64,000 nt of DNA from Octopus sinensis. Lineage: Eukaryota. Location: NCBI RefSeq assembly GCF_006345805.1, contig NC_042999.1:112716001-112780000 (forward strand), in the 5' to 3' direction. The first letter of the stretch is position 1; each line of letters starts with the position of its first letter. A program made the position numbers and the translations under genes. Below are positions 28,670 to 41,245 of this stretch, one piece after another. The notes beneath the pieces were generated by a model, which was not told where the DNA came from, made no database searches, and saw nothing but the letters and a program-made list of their open reading frames with translations.

Positions 28670-29378
28670 ATTCTCCACCATGTTGTAGTGCACCTGAGCA
28701 CTCTAGTGAGACGTGGGCCCTGAATGCAGAAGACATGCATAGGTTAGAGAGGAATGAAGCTAGTCTGCTCCATTGGATGTGCAGGATCAGTGTGCATGTA
28801 CAACTAAGTGCAAATGTGCTGAGAGAAAAGTTGGGCATAAGAGGAATCAAATGTAACATGGAAGCGAGAAGACTACATTGGTTTGGACATGTGATGCATA
28901 TGAATGAAGATAGCTGTATAAAGAAGTGCTAATCACTTAAAGTGGATGGCACTCATGGAAGGGGGAGACCCATGAGGAAATGGGATGAAGTAGTGAGGAT
29001 TGATCTCAGGATGTTGGGCCTCATGGAGGAGATGACAATGGACTGAGATGTCTGGCAATATGAAGTTCTTGAGAAAATCTGCTTACTTCAGTGAAACTGA
29101 GTTCTGGAAGTGCTGTGTGTTCTACACACATGTAACAATAAAAAAAAATTTCACATATCCTACCCTAATAAACCAAACTACATTTCCTCTTCTCTTCCTC
29201 ACATTTCCTCTTTTTCATGCACTATGCTTATGTTTATCTCTCACTCTCCAATCCTGTCCTCACTACCCTGCCCACTGTATCATTGCTTTCCTGTGGTCTT
29301 CTACCTCTTCTATATACCCACTCTTTTCCATTCTTTCCTCTCTTGCATTCTCACTTTCACTCTCTCTCTCTCTTTTTC

Positions 29379-29423
<45 letters not shown>

Positions 29424-29800
29424 ATATCTATCTATCTCATTCTTGACCACGTCTTTTCCTTGCTCTCTCTCCCTTTAGGTAACCATGTATCTCAGCCACA
29501 GCATGACTCCTGTTTTTGTCCCTCTGTCACACTTTAACCTCTCGTCACCTGGCACAAGGCCACCTCCTTCAATACCCCAACTCTCAAAGAATCTTTGTTT
29601 TGTGAATTACTTGGTGACCCCACCAGTGCTGGTGCTACATAAAAAGTACCTAGGTCACTCTGTAAAGTGGCTGGTATAAGGAAAGGTATCCAGCCATAAA
29701 ATCTGTGCCAAAACATACAATGAAGCCTAGTGCAGTCTTCTGGCTAGCCAGCTCCTGTCAAACCATCTGACTCATGCCAGCATGGAAAACAGATGTTTAA
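28670..29800 (+). mobile_element. Degraded RTE 3' end (RT C-terminus, pyrimidine-rich UTR, tail)
   Basis: RLERNEASLLHWMC...RRLHWFGHVMHM, homologous to 13388-13855. Confidence 0.8.
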
Positions 29801-30279
29801 TTGTTGTTGTTGTTGTTGTTGACTGAATGTTATCTTTCTTGCTTTCTTCTTCTTCCTTTTCTTCTTTTTCTTTGTTACCAGTTATGAAAAAGCAAAAACT
29901 GATGATGTCACTTTGTCTAAAAAGGAATGCAAGATATCCCTGTTCATATTTTGAATTTCTACATTTCTGTGTATTTTCAGTTTTCGTTTTGAACCCAAGG
30001 AAGACACATATTGCTGAAATATTGTTCAGTTCAATAAACAGATTCAATCACCATTTATTACAAATCATATCACACTCTTCTTATTACTTATTATAATTGC
30101 CATTATTATTATTGAAGATGTCACATATATCTAGTATTGTGATGTTGTTGATTGAAGATATTGTGTGTACTAAAGATTTCTACTTTCTGTCAAGTCACAA
30201 CAAGGACCTCAGACAGACAGTACTTTACTCAGTATGCATGCAGTTCCAAGTAAAGCCGATTTTCACAATACACCAAGGT

Positions 30280-30510
30280 TGTAGAGTATTTCTAAAGTGT
30301 CAAGATGTTTCTTCGGGTTGGTAGGGTATTGAACCCAATGCTCTGATAACAACAGGAACAATCTTTGTTTGACTCTCACAGCTGCCACATTTTGGCAATC
30401 CCAGTTTTCAGGTCTCTATATTTGTTGACCTCTTCTCTTTCATGATAATATGTTGATCTCTTGGCACTACCATGTCAATTATTAGGCACTTTTGCTTGTC
30501 CCTCCTAAAG
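30280..30510 (-). mobile_element. R4/Dong-like LINE restriction-like endonuclease fragment
   Basis: Nucleotide homology to 31740-31950. Confidence 0.6.
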
Positions 30511-30731
30511 GCATGGCACGTCGGACAAAATGCTTAGCGGTATTTCACCTGTCGCTATGTTCTGGGTTCAAATTCCGCCAAGGTCGACATTACCTTTCAT
30601 CCTTTTGGGGTCACTAAAATAAGTACCAGTTGAACACTGAGATCAATGTAATCGACTAATCCCCTCCCCCAAAATTGCTGCCCTTGTAGCAAAATTTAAA
30701 AACCATTATTATTATTATTATTATTATTATT

Positions 30732-31289
30732 GAGTGAGAGAGCAGTTCATGCCATCAAAGTGACACTGGGGTGCAATATACGAAGCCCAATATACCCATC
30801 ATGACTACCCGTCTGATAAGGGTACACCAGGCACATGCATCACAACCATATGTGCGTGACATGGTGATGTCATATCAAGATAGACAGCGCATGACCTTGC
30901 AGGCGGGGCCCAGTTAGAATTTTCTTCAGGTTGAGTAGCCCATCCCGCTCAAACGGTCCCTGAATAAGGGTCGTTTAAAGATGTTGAAAGAACCACCCAT
31001 GTTTCCAGAGGTTAATTATTCAAACCCCAAAGAATCCCTCTCAACACATGGCTATGATGCTCCCCCACTACTTCTGCTCATGATCAGAGATGCACATATC
31101 GTCAGCCACTAAGGGACATGCTCAACTGGTTAAGGTCAAACAACTGACAAGCAAATCTGTGGTATTGAGCAGAATATTTGCTGTAGCCCATCTTTTATAC
31201 CAAGGCAAAACAATGTACATGATAACACTTCCAATCGGTTAAGATCAGAAGCCATGAGAGCCACTGCCTGGTACTGCATCAGGGCATTT
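30732..31289. mobile_element. ~560-bp non-coding interspersed element sitting within an (ATT/TAA)n microsatellite
   Basis: Well-preserved complex sequence with (ATT)n runs abutting both ends; no ORF. Confidence 0.6.
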
Positions 31290-31299
31290 ATTATTATTA

Positions 31300-31336
<37 letters not shown>

Positions 31337-31689
31337 CGTGTTGTTGCTTTGTTTTATATGAACCATTCCAAGGTTCACCCAAAGACTTCAAGTAAGAGCC
31401 AGTGGGATGGTTTACTATGGGTGTTAGCTATGATTGACAGTGATATATTATTGGAACTACATGTTAAGAACTAAGATTCTGTTAAATTTATAATATTTTG
31501 ACTTTGAAAGAATTTTAAGAGAATCAGGTATTTTCAGGTTGACAGTTATTTTCTTAGAATGTGAACAATACTCATGAGAACAATTTTTTGTGGTTCTGAG
31601 GGTTGATAAAATAAGAATCACTCAGACACTGGAGTCAATGTAATAGAATATCCCCTACTCCTAAATTTCAGGCTTTGTGCCTATAGTAG

Positions 31690-32460
31690 AAAAAGCCAGT
31701 TTTTGCAATACACCTAGATTGTAGGATACTTCTAAAGTTTCCAGATATTTCTTCAGGTTGGGTAGTATTGAAACCAATGCTTCAATGACAACAGGGACAA
31801 CCTTTGTGTTTGACTCTTGCAGAAGCCACATCTTGGTTATCTTAATTTTCAGGTTTCCATATTTATCAATCTTTTCTCTTTCTTTCATGATAGTATGTTG
31901 ATCTCTTGGTACTGCCATGTCAATTATTAGGCATTCTTGTTTGTCCCTCCGAAAGGTTACTATATCCAGCTCTAACACCTTGTCTGTTTGGAAGTCAAAG
32001 TCTCAGTGGAATTTTGCCTTTCTCTTTCTGACCATTACCTTTTCTGGTGTATGTTGGTACCAAACACCCATTACCTCATGTTGCATAGTAGCCAGTGAAG
32101 GTTTTGGGCAACCTTGTCATGTCTTCACTTGTACTCTTTCTATGCAATACTTTCACAAGCACTAACAATGTGAGTCACGCTTTCGACCCTCTTCCCACAC
32201 ATTCTGCAGTTATATCTTCCATTGTTATATATACGCTGGTCCTGTTGTGGAGACTCCAGGCAATGGAATTTCAATCTCACAGAATGAGTTCATTCAGCAT
32301 CATGGTTGTGGGAAACATCTTGCTCCAGATGGTATTCCAAAATTGGCAGGTTTCTTCTGCTTCAGGAGGAATGTTATCCTTTGTATCTCTGCCTAAGCTC
32401 TTAAAAAACTGCCTCTCATTATTTGAAAATAACCTGTTTTGCTGGAACTGTCATATGTGA
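31690..32460 (-). mobile_element. Degraded R4/Dong-clade (RLE) non-LTR retrotransposon
   Basis: CCHC knuckle CRMCGKRVESVTHIVSAC at 32208-32155; RHDKVAQNLHW; LDIV...CLIIDMAVP...EREKIDKY...VVPVVI endonuclease motifs. Confidence 0.8.
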
Positions 32461-34731
32461 TCAGTGTAGCATAGCATAATGTTTTTGCCCGCACACATTG
32501 TTTTAAGGTTTCGATAACAGATTTGAACCCTTTCTTTTTTATTTGGTATTTTGCATCAAGATATGCCCTGTTGAATCAAGATATGTCTAGCAAGGTTTGT
32601 TCATGGCACTTTATTGCCTTTTTGTTCAAATCAACAGACCACTTGCATTTGCAAGCACGTTCCATATTTTGATCAGAACGTTGGAGAGGAATGGGTTTCT
32701 GTCCTCATTCCTTTCAGTCTTGTTCACCAGACAACCTCTTTCACCACAGCCACCAGGTAAATGAAAACTGCCTTGCCTGCCTGATTTTTTTCAAGTTTCA
32801 CTAACTTTTTCAAGTTTCACTTGAAAAGGAAAGTGAGGAAGGAGAGGGAGATGCTGTCCTTGAGTGAATTTACGAAAAGGTGGGTGAAAGTTGTGAAAAT
32901 AGCAAGAGTGGATGGTATCACTCTCAGTGTAGACCTGTGAGTTGGAAGAAAGGAGTTGGAGAGGGCTCTCGTCATTGGTATTCAGGGTGATCTTGGATGG
33001 TGGGGGTTCCTTGATTATCCCTAGAGGTCCTCCTGTATCAAGGGAACCCCATTTCTATTATTTTTTCTTCCTTCTTTTTCTAGAGTTGTATACTATGTAT
33101 ACTTCCCTTCTTCTAATGTATAGAATGTATGCTTTTTATTTTATCATTCCATTATATGTAAACCACCAGACTTTATGTCTGTGTTTGTATTGTCCCCTCA
33201 ATTTTTGCCCTGATGGCAAATAAAAGAAATTATTATTATTATTATTTCAGTTCTACAAACTCCACTGAGTTTGACTTTGCCTTTCATCCTTTCAGGGTCG
33301 ATAAAATAAGTACTAGTTAAGCACTGGAGTCATAATCGACTGTACCCCTCCCCACAAGTTCCAAGCTGTGTGCCTATAGTAGAAAGGATTATTATTACTA
33401 TTATTATTCTTTCTTTTTTTTCTTTTTTTTTTAATTTGCACCATACTACAATATCTGAAGGAAAAATGGAAAACGATGGATGGTTATGTCTGAAATGTAT
33501 TTGATCATAAATCCTCTTGATCAGAACTGGTCTGGAACTAAAAAAACAGAAGGATGTCTGAAAAGAAGATTTAAAAACTATAGGTCCTGCCCACTCTTGT
33601 GACTAAAATATAATTAAAAAAACGTTTATTTATTTTATTATTTACTATCACTAACATAAGGTGTCCGAAGTGTCATGTTTTGAGGCATAGCGTAATGCTT
33701 CTACACCACTGGAATTGGACCAGAAATTTGATATATTTTCCTTCAGATTTTTCGTCTGTATAAATTCATATGATTTAAACCAGTAATTCCTTAGTTTATC
33801 TGTGGCAGAACTCTTATGCAATTTTTCAACAAACTGTGGGCCCTTCACTTCTCGTCACCCTAATTTTGATAATGCTTTAAATGAAGCGAAGAAAATTAAG
33901 TCGCGTAAAAAAAAAAGAAGCATATAATAAGTTATTATTATGAAAATGATATAATTTCTACAAAATAAATTTCTATTAGATTTTATTAAAAGTGATTATC
34001 TCGCTTTTAATAAACACGTATTAAAAAATAGCGAAGACAAATTTAAATTCAAGGGGGAATAACTAAAGTATTTACAAAATAGAGTTGTTTTTCATTGTCA
34101 CAAATCTTGAGATCCCCATTGGTAGAAAGAAGAACCTTTTAAAATTTCATTTATGTTTTATTGACTATCGCAGTCCGTAGGATATTTCTTCATTATAATA
34201 ATTTTAAATTATATATTACGCATTTTATTGTGGTTTGTTATGCGAGTGATCCGCCGATCTGGGCAAAAAAAGGTTGATGAACAGCTGATATACAGTGCTC
34301 AGGTGCACTACAATTCATTGGTAAAAGGTAAATGTGGGACAGGGAGCAGTAGCAAGTCAAGTAAAGAAAATAACGAAAGCCAAAAGCCAGAAAAAAAAAA
34401 ACACTCACACACACACACACACACTCAAAACGACAGAAAAGAGAACAGTAAGTAAAAGTGAAAAAAATAAAAGAACCATAACGAAGAAAGAGTGCACAGG
34501 CATATCAGGAATAGTGTTGGAGAATATCGAGAAGCATGGATTGGTGGTGTTGTTTCGACATTCAATAAACTCCAAACATAACAATGACAGTGTAGTTTCC
34601 TGTAAACCAAGGCTTCGATTTGTAGTTAGACCGTTCATAAACTCTATCTTGTAAAATCTCTGTTCTATACAGTCGTAATGGAATTATTTTCTCTTCATTG
34701 TTCAGTGTATAAATACTTACAGCGCTTAAAT

Positions 34732-35044
34732 CAGTTGTTCTCAATCAGGGTCCACGCACTAACGTATCTAGAGTGTGTGCTGTCCGGGGTAGCCCTTCCA
34801 TTTGCCGCCCCGGACCCCACAAAAAAAAATAAATAAAAAACATATTGCCTACAGCAGACCCAAAAGTACCGCCCCTTTGAATGTGCAGCCCGGAGCTGAC
34901 CACTACTACCGCCCCGCCCACCAGCTATGCTAGTGGGTCCACGCAACAAAATAGTAAATTGGAGATCCACAATAGTATTTTAAGGGTCCATAGATAAAAG
35001 GGGACCATAAGAGGTCCATAGATAAAAATGATTGAGAAACCCTG
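34732..35044. mobile_element. hAT-family non-autonomous element (313 bp)
   Basis: TIRs CAGTTGTTCTCAATCA / TGATTGAGAAACCCTG; 8-bp TSD GCTTAAAT (34724-31) and GCTTAAAC (35045-52). Confidence 0.8.
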
Positions 35045-35093
35045 GCTTAAACAGATTGGGCACAATATAACGATTGCATCTACTCACCAAGTA

Positions 35094-35280
35094 ACCTACC
35101 TACCTACCTACCTACCTACCTACCTACATACATACATACATACATACATACATACATACATACATACATACATACATACATACATACATACATACATACA
35201 TACATACATACATACATACATACATACATACATACATACATACATACATACATACATACATACATACATACATACATACA

Positions 35281-35310
<30 letters not shown>
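35094..35310. repeat. Compound (CCTA)n(CATA)n microsatellite
   Basis: Directly visible, ~215 bp. Confidence 0.98.
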
Positions 35311-35311
<1 letters not shown>

Positions 35312-36239
35312 TTAAACATCTAACTTTTTAAATTTAGCACGCTTTGTTTGGGTCGAAAATAATTTGAAACGGAAAAATGGTACTCTCAATGGCTGCTTGT
35401 CGCTTGGGTAGTGGAGAAATGAAGATATATTTTGATGGTTGCGTGGATAATAACTAAAGTAAACTTGTGAACATTCAGGTGAAATATTTATTGTTGAACA
35501 TAAAGATATTTGGTGTTGGCTATTTACAAAGAACAATATTAATAATTGCCGGATGGAAGAGAAACAGACTGTCCTGAAATTATAGAAAGCTATCTGTGTG
35601 AGCAACATGAAGTTGGTCCAAAACATACTAAGTCAAGTGTGCAAATATCCATGGCGAAAGAGGTCCGTTGGCAGTTTTGCTTTAAGCTACACGCCAAACG
35701 GTTTTTATAGGGGACCAGAAGCCAAAGTCTAGAACGTTCGAGAAAACCATATCACGCCACAGCCTCACGCTGATTGGTCAATTAATAGACCATTCACGTG
35801 AACCTATGGTCGATGGTTCACCTGTGGAGTCAGACCGAGTATCTCGCGATTAAGTTTTGAATCACCGCTACAGTATCCATCCTTCCTTTTTTGAATTATT
35901 AAAATCTACCGAAAAATTTAGCACAAATCTTGGAAAGATTAATATTTCAGAACAATGGTGAAAACTAACTTGAATTCCATTTATAAAATCCATATAAGCG
36001 AAACTCTAAATACATAGAAGCCTCTTATTTATATCAATATGCTTAATATACAGGACAAGAAAACTCAGGTTCGACTACACTTTGGGATCATTTTCGTCAT
36101 ATATGAGCTTAAATTTTATATCTTTAATTGCACGGAAGAACAGGCAGTAGTTATGGCCACTGCAAATTCCCTGAAACCGTTGAAATTGACACTGTTGATT
36201 CTCAATTACAGTGAGGCCTAGTTGTAGCAATTTTGAAGA

Positions 36240-36790
36240 TTCTAGTTCATGTTTTAGGGGAATTGGAGTATAATATTGTTTGATTGGTATATGAGTGAAT
36301 GTGCCTGTGCTGTTGAAGGAGACAAGATTGCATAACTGGAGAATGTTTTCGAGGTTTCTGTTCATAGAGGATGTGCAAATTTGGTGTTGGGAGTCTAGAT
36401 TGCATGTAGATGGGGAAAATTAGAATGAAGGTGTCATCTGCTAGGACTAGGCGTTGTTGGAGGTGACATCGTTGATGTTTCGGAGGAAAAGTGTAGGATA
36501 ATACAGTATGAGTCAAAGAGAGCTCCATCACCACACGCAGGGATGATGCTGACAGGAAACCTCCAATCCGAAAAGCAAAAGACACATGGAGCCTATAGAC
36601 AGATAGTCCACCCCAGAAGATCCACATACTAGACACATTCCGGCATGCAAGAACCAAGAAGTGATATGACCGTTGCAGTCACTGAAGACATTAATTACGG
36701 AGAGCGACGAAGTCAGATACATGTTTTCTTTATAGGACATGTTCCTGCCATCATTGGTAGTTGGAGGGATTTGAGGAGTGACAGAAGTAA
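36240..36790 (-). mobile_element. Highly degraded non-LTR RT fragment (CR1/Jockey-like)
   Basis: Remnants resembling WI.SFLS.RS.RVV, PTLFLRNINDV and LADDT across frames. Confidence 0.55.
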
Positions 36791-37112
36791 CTGTTCTATT
36801 TAGAGGAATGGAAAAGGGAAACTTTGAACCAGAGAAATGAAAAAGATTGAAAATTGGCAGCCAAACAGAAAAGATCCATGGCTGTATTATATCATATTAA
36901 TACTAATATTATTTTTTAACCTAAACACAAAGTTGATAATCCCCAAAACACTAAGATATCAAACTAAGTTCACATAAAGCAGCCAAGCTTAAATAATTAA
37001 TTTTTCTAATAAAAAAGAGCAAAAATTAATATCACGTGAACGAAGGAGTTTCTACACTGTCGCTCAGCCTGCTAGAAATAGCAGCCAATTCTTCCTCAAA
37101 TTATACCCTACT

Positions 37113-37514
37113 ATAGGCGCAGGAGTGAGTGTGTACTGAGTAGCTTGCTTACCAACCACATGGTTCTGGGTTCAGTCTCATAGCGTGGCACCTTGGACTA
37201 GTGTCTTCTACCATAGCCTTGGGCCGACCAAAGCCTTGTGAGTGGATTTGGTAGACAGAAACTGAAAGAAGCCCGTCGTATATATATATATATATATATA
37301 TATATAATGTGTTTGTGTGTCTGTGTTTGTCCCCCCAAACATCGCTTGACAACCGATGCTGGTGTGTTTACGTCCCCGTAACTTAGCGGTTCGACAAATA
37401 GACCGATAGAATAAGTACTAGGCTTACAAAGAATAAGTTCTGTGGTCGATTTTCTCGACTAAAGGGGGTGCTCCAGCATGGCCACAGTCAAATGACAGAA
37501 ACAAGTGAAAGAGT
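37113..37514 (+). mobile_element. Young tRNA-derived CORE-like SINE
   Basis: ATAGGCGCAGGAGTG head, B-box-like GGGTTCAGTC, CpG-retaining body, GAAAGAGTA tail. Confidence 0.85.
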
Positions 37515-38011
37515 ACTAAAAAAAAGGCAATGTTTCGTTTGTCGTAGCACACGTTTCCGTCAATTTCCGTAAAAAATGTAAACACTGAATCGGCCATACA
37601 TACATACATACATACATACACACACATACACACACACATACATAGATACATACACACACACACATACATGCAGACATACATATACACATACACCGAGTAA
37701 AAAATTACACTGAATCGGCCATACACACACACATACTTACACACACACACATACATAGATACATACACACACACACATACATATACACATACACCGAGTA
37801 AAAAATTTCAGTTATCTCTCTCTTTCACACATTACTCTCTTTGTCTCTTCGCACACACTAACAGAAGCACTTCACTTACACAACATACTGTTTGTCTCCC
37901 ACACCCCATCAAACACACACACGGGGACTTCAAAAAGAAATTCCCTCGTCATAAAATCGCTTCCTCTTAGTCTCTTTCGCTCTCATTACTTCAAATATTC
38001 CCGCAAAGCCA

Positions 38012-38375
38012 TACTCTTTACTCTTTTACTTGTTTCAGTCATTTGACTGCGGCCATGCTGGAGCACCGCCTTTAGTCGAGCAAATCGACCCCGGGACTTA
38101 TTCTTTGTAAGCCCAGTACTTATTCTATCGGTCTCTTTTGCCGAACCGCTAAGTGACGGGGACGTAAACACACCAGCATCGGTTGTCAAGCAATGCTAGG
38201 GGGACAAACACAGACACACAAACATATACACACATATATATATATACATATATACGACAGTTTCCGTCTACCAAATCCACTCACAAGGCATTGGTCGGCC
38301 CGAGGCTATAGCAGAAGACACTTGCCCAAGATGCCACGCAGTGGGACTGAACCCGGAACGATGTGGTTGGTTAGC
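38012..38375 (-). mobile_element. Young tRNA-derived CORE-like SINE, inverted relative to 37113-37514
   Basis: Reverse complement roughly 90% identical by eye to the upstream copy. Confidence 0.85.
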
Positions 38376-38454
38376 ATATGTAAAAAAATAAAAGTTTTTT
38401 ACGGAAATCGACGGAAACGTGTGCTAAAAAACGAAAAAGATGGGGTGCATGTCC

Positions 38455-38850
38455 GACATCTCCCCCTTTCGCGAGCGCGCATTTTTTTCATGATAGTCGT
38501 TTAGAGCAAGTTGTTTTACACCTATTACGCTGTTTTTGTTTTTGTTTTTGTGCCCGGTTCAGACGCTTTCGGAAATTCCCGATATAAATATTCCGAGGCC
38601 TCTCCCCCACCCCTCTTTCGCGAGAGCGCATTTTTTTTTGTCATATTCGTTTAGAGCAAGTTGTTTTACACATATTACACTATTTTTTTTTTGTTTTGGT
38701 GCCCGGGTCAGCTCCTCAGACGCTTTCGGAACTTCCCGATGTGAATTTTCCGAGGCCTCTCCCCCACCCCCCTTTCGCGTGCGCGAATTTTTTTTTTCAT
38801 ATTCGTTCATAGGAAGTTGTTTTACACCTATTACACACATTTTTTTTTTG
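38455..38850. repeat. CpG-rich tandem repeat, about 2.5 units of 150-170 bp
   Basis: CCCC(C/T)CTTTCGCG, GAGCAAGTTGTTTTACAC and CAGACGCTTTCGGAA motifs recur in register. Confidence 0.85.
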
Positions 38851-39057
38851 ATTTTCTGATATTTGTTACGCCCTATATTAACCGAAATTTCATTTCCACT
38901 GTGTTATATTTTAGTTTCAACACACGATCTCAAATCAAATCCCTCATCAAACATACATAACTTCGAAATATACAAAAGAAAAATAAACTTGAGCCAGCAA
39001 CTGTCACTATAAAATACAGGATAAACAAATTTATCTCCCTTCATGTGTTGGAACTCT

Positions 39058-39144
39058 CCAATAAGCGATTGAGGCGCTTCATTTAAATTCAAAACTGAGC
39101 AACAAGAAAAGTGTTTGAGACGGTTTGAGTGAAAGGAGGTGAGT
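39058..39144 (+). promoter_or_regulatory. Candidate Spindly core promoter (CCAAT, CDE/CHR) and non-coding first exon ending at 39138
   Basis: CCAAT at 39058-62; GGCGC (39073-77), 4-nt spacer, TTTAAA (39082-87); TTCAAA at 39088-93; strong donor GAG|GTGAGT at 39139. The link to the exon at 49663 is inferred. Confidence 0.45.
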
Positions 39145-39920
39145 TGTATATATTTGCTATTGTTGAAAATTAATTTTTTTTACTTGTAAAGTCTAATACA
39201 TAAAACACCGGAGTTATTAACTGTGTTCGTGTTTATTAAATCAAGATATGTTATGGTTGTCTTGATAATTTATAGCGAAAACAAAAATTGTTTTACTTTG
39301 TTTTTGTGTCTGGTTTGCATGATTCTTTATGTGTCTTAATTAAAATTTTTCTTGCTCTTAGCACAAGGCCTTGAAATTTTGCGGGGGGGGGGGAGGCTTT
39401 TCAATTACATTGACTCCAGTGCGTAACTGGTACTTATTTCATCGACCTCGAAAGGATGAAAGGCAAAGTCGACCTCGGCAGTACGTCAATAATACTCTCC
39501 CTAGACGCAACAGAAATTGTTTTCTGGTGTTGTTTAATCCCCAATTCAGACTGAATTTTGTATATTCAGGACAACGCATCATTTAAAATGTTAAACGGCA
39601 TTATTAGAACTTTGTTGGTACCCTTTTAATATTAATAACAATATATAAGGTTTGACAGAATAAGTTGGCCAACGGTTAAAAATGCCAGCAGGCATTCAGC
39701 TACGCTTTAACTTCTAATTTCAAATCTCACCAAGGTTAGCTTAGCTTCTCAATCAACTGCAGTCAATAAAAATGAAAAATGAAGTGCCAATGATGTACTG
39801 TGCCAGTGTAATCGCTTGTACTCATCGCCTCTTATTTACATAGAATGAAACAAAAGCCTTACTGTGTTGTATAATTTCAAATACAGTCCTTGCTACAATA
39901 TTATTAATAAAAAAAAAATA

Positions 39921-40409
39921 CTGGCGGAGTTTCGGATCAGGACGCCCACGTAAGCTAGATTGTCTCCGTTTTGACTTTTTCAATTTTTATTCCCTTCGCT
40001 CCTGAAAATGATATGGCGGAGGCAGCTTTTTATGAAATACATTTTTGAAAATTTATTTTATTTCACCTCTGGACCGATTTTGGCCAATTTTTTTTTTTTT
40101 TTGTACAATGCATTTAAAAACTATGGGAGAAAGCCTTTTCAGTAAAAAAAAAAAAAATTTGAAAATATTTTCAGACGTAAAGGTGAGTTATTTAAGGGAA
40201 ATTTAGCTGTTGTTTCTAGCCCATCCCACGACCACCTTCCTCGTTTCTTTGTCACTAACATGTATTACTCTTTTATTTGCTGGAGCACTGCCTTTAGTCG
40301 AGCAAATCGACTCCAAGACTTATTCTATCGGTCTTTTACCGCTAAGTTACGAGGACGTAAACACACCAGCATCGGTCGTCAAGCGATGTTGGGGGGGGGA
40401 CAAACACAG

Positions 40410-40455
<46 letters not shown>

Positions 40456-41245
40456 TATATATACAGGGCCTTAGTCGGCCCCAGGCTATAGTGGAAGACA
40501 CTTCAGTGTGACTGAACCCGGAACCATGTAGTTGGTAAGCAAGCTACTTACCACACAGCCACTCCTACGCCTTGATATTTTTCTCTCCATAAACACTTTT
40601 TATGCAATGATGAGGTGGAAGTAACATGCAGGTGGTTCATTACTGGGATGTAAACAACAAAAATACCTTCCCTTACCCGCACCAAGTGAGGCCATGTATG
40701 TGTGTGTGAGTGTATGTAAAAAAAACATTACTAACAAAAAAGTATGCTATTAAAATAAATTATCTTTTACATACCTTTTTAAAGTCGGTAGATAAATTCC
40801 AGCAATGACCTCAGGCTCTCAGATATGTTTAAATTATTAACAGAAATAAGTGGGGAATGGAGGAGTTGAAAAAGAATTATAAATTTTTTTCTTTTAATAG
40901 CATTAATCTGTTCATGGGGAGAAAAATATAGAAAAACATCAATACATGTCAGTGATTCTTTGAATCACACACCTTTTCGTTCGAAAATATTTTCAAAGCT
41001 TTCTTTTTTTTTACCATAATGACTTCTCTCTTGGTGTTCAAGTACATAGTACAAAAGAAAAATTAGACAAAATCGATCTAGAGGGATATGGTGAGGCTCA
41101 GTGGGAAAAAAATCATAAATTTCTAAAAGCTTTTTTCATACAAAGCTGCCCCACATCATTTCCAAGGGTTTAGTGAAAAAAAAAATCCCTGTCAAACTGC
41201 AGAAAATCCAACTTAAGTGGGTGTCCTGATCCGAAACTCCACCAA
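39921..41245. mobile_element. Non-autonomous DNA transposon with ~38-bp TIRs and a nested SINE (~40270-40572, minus)
   Basis: GGCGGAGTTTCGGATCAGGACGCCCACGTAAGCTAGATT at 39923 vs AATCCAACTTAAGTGGGTGTCCTGATCCGAAACTCCACC ending at 41243. Confidence 0.7.

Noticed and set aside
35028-35319. ORFs of YIHT/MYVC repeats, and many similar YI/CV/HT ORFs across the window
   Set aside because: Translations of microsatellites.
37113-37190. tRNA gene
   Set aside because: The Pol III box-like motifs belong to a SINE head; no cloverleaf or anticodon arm.
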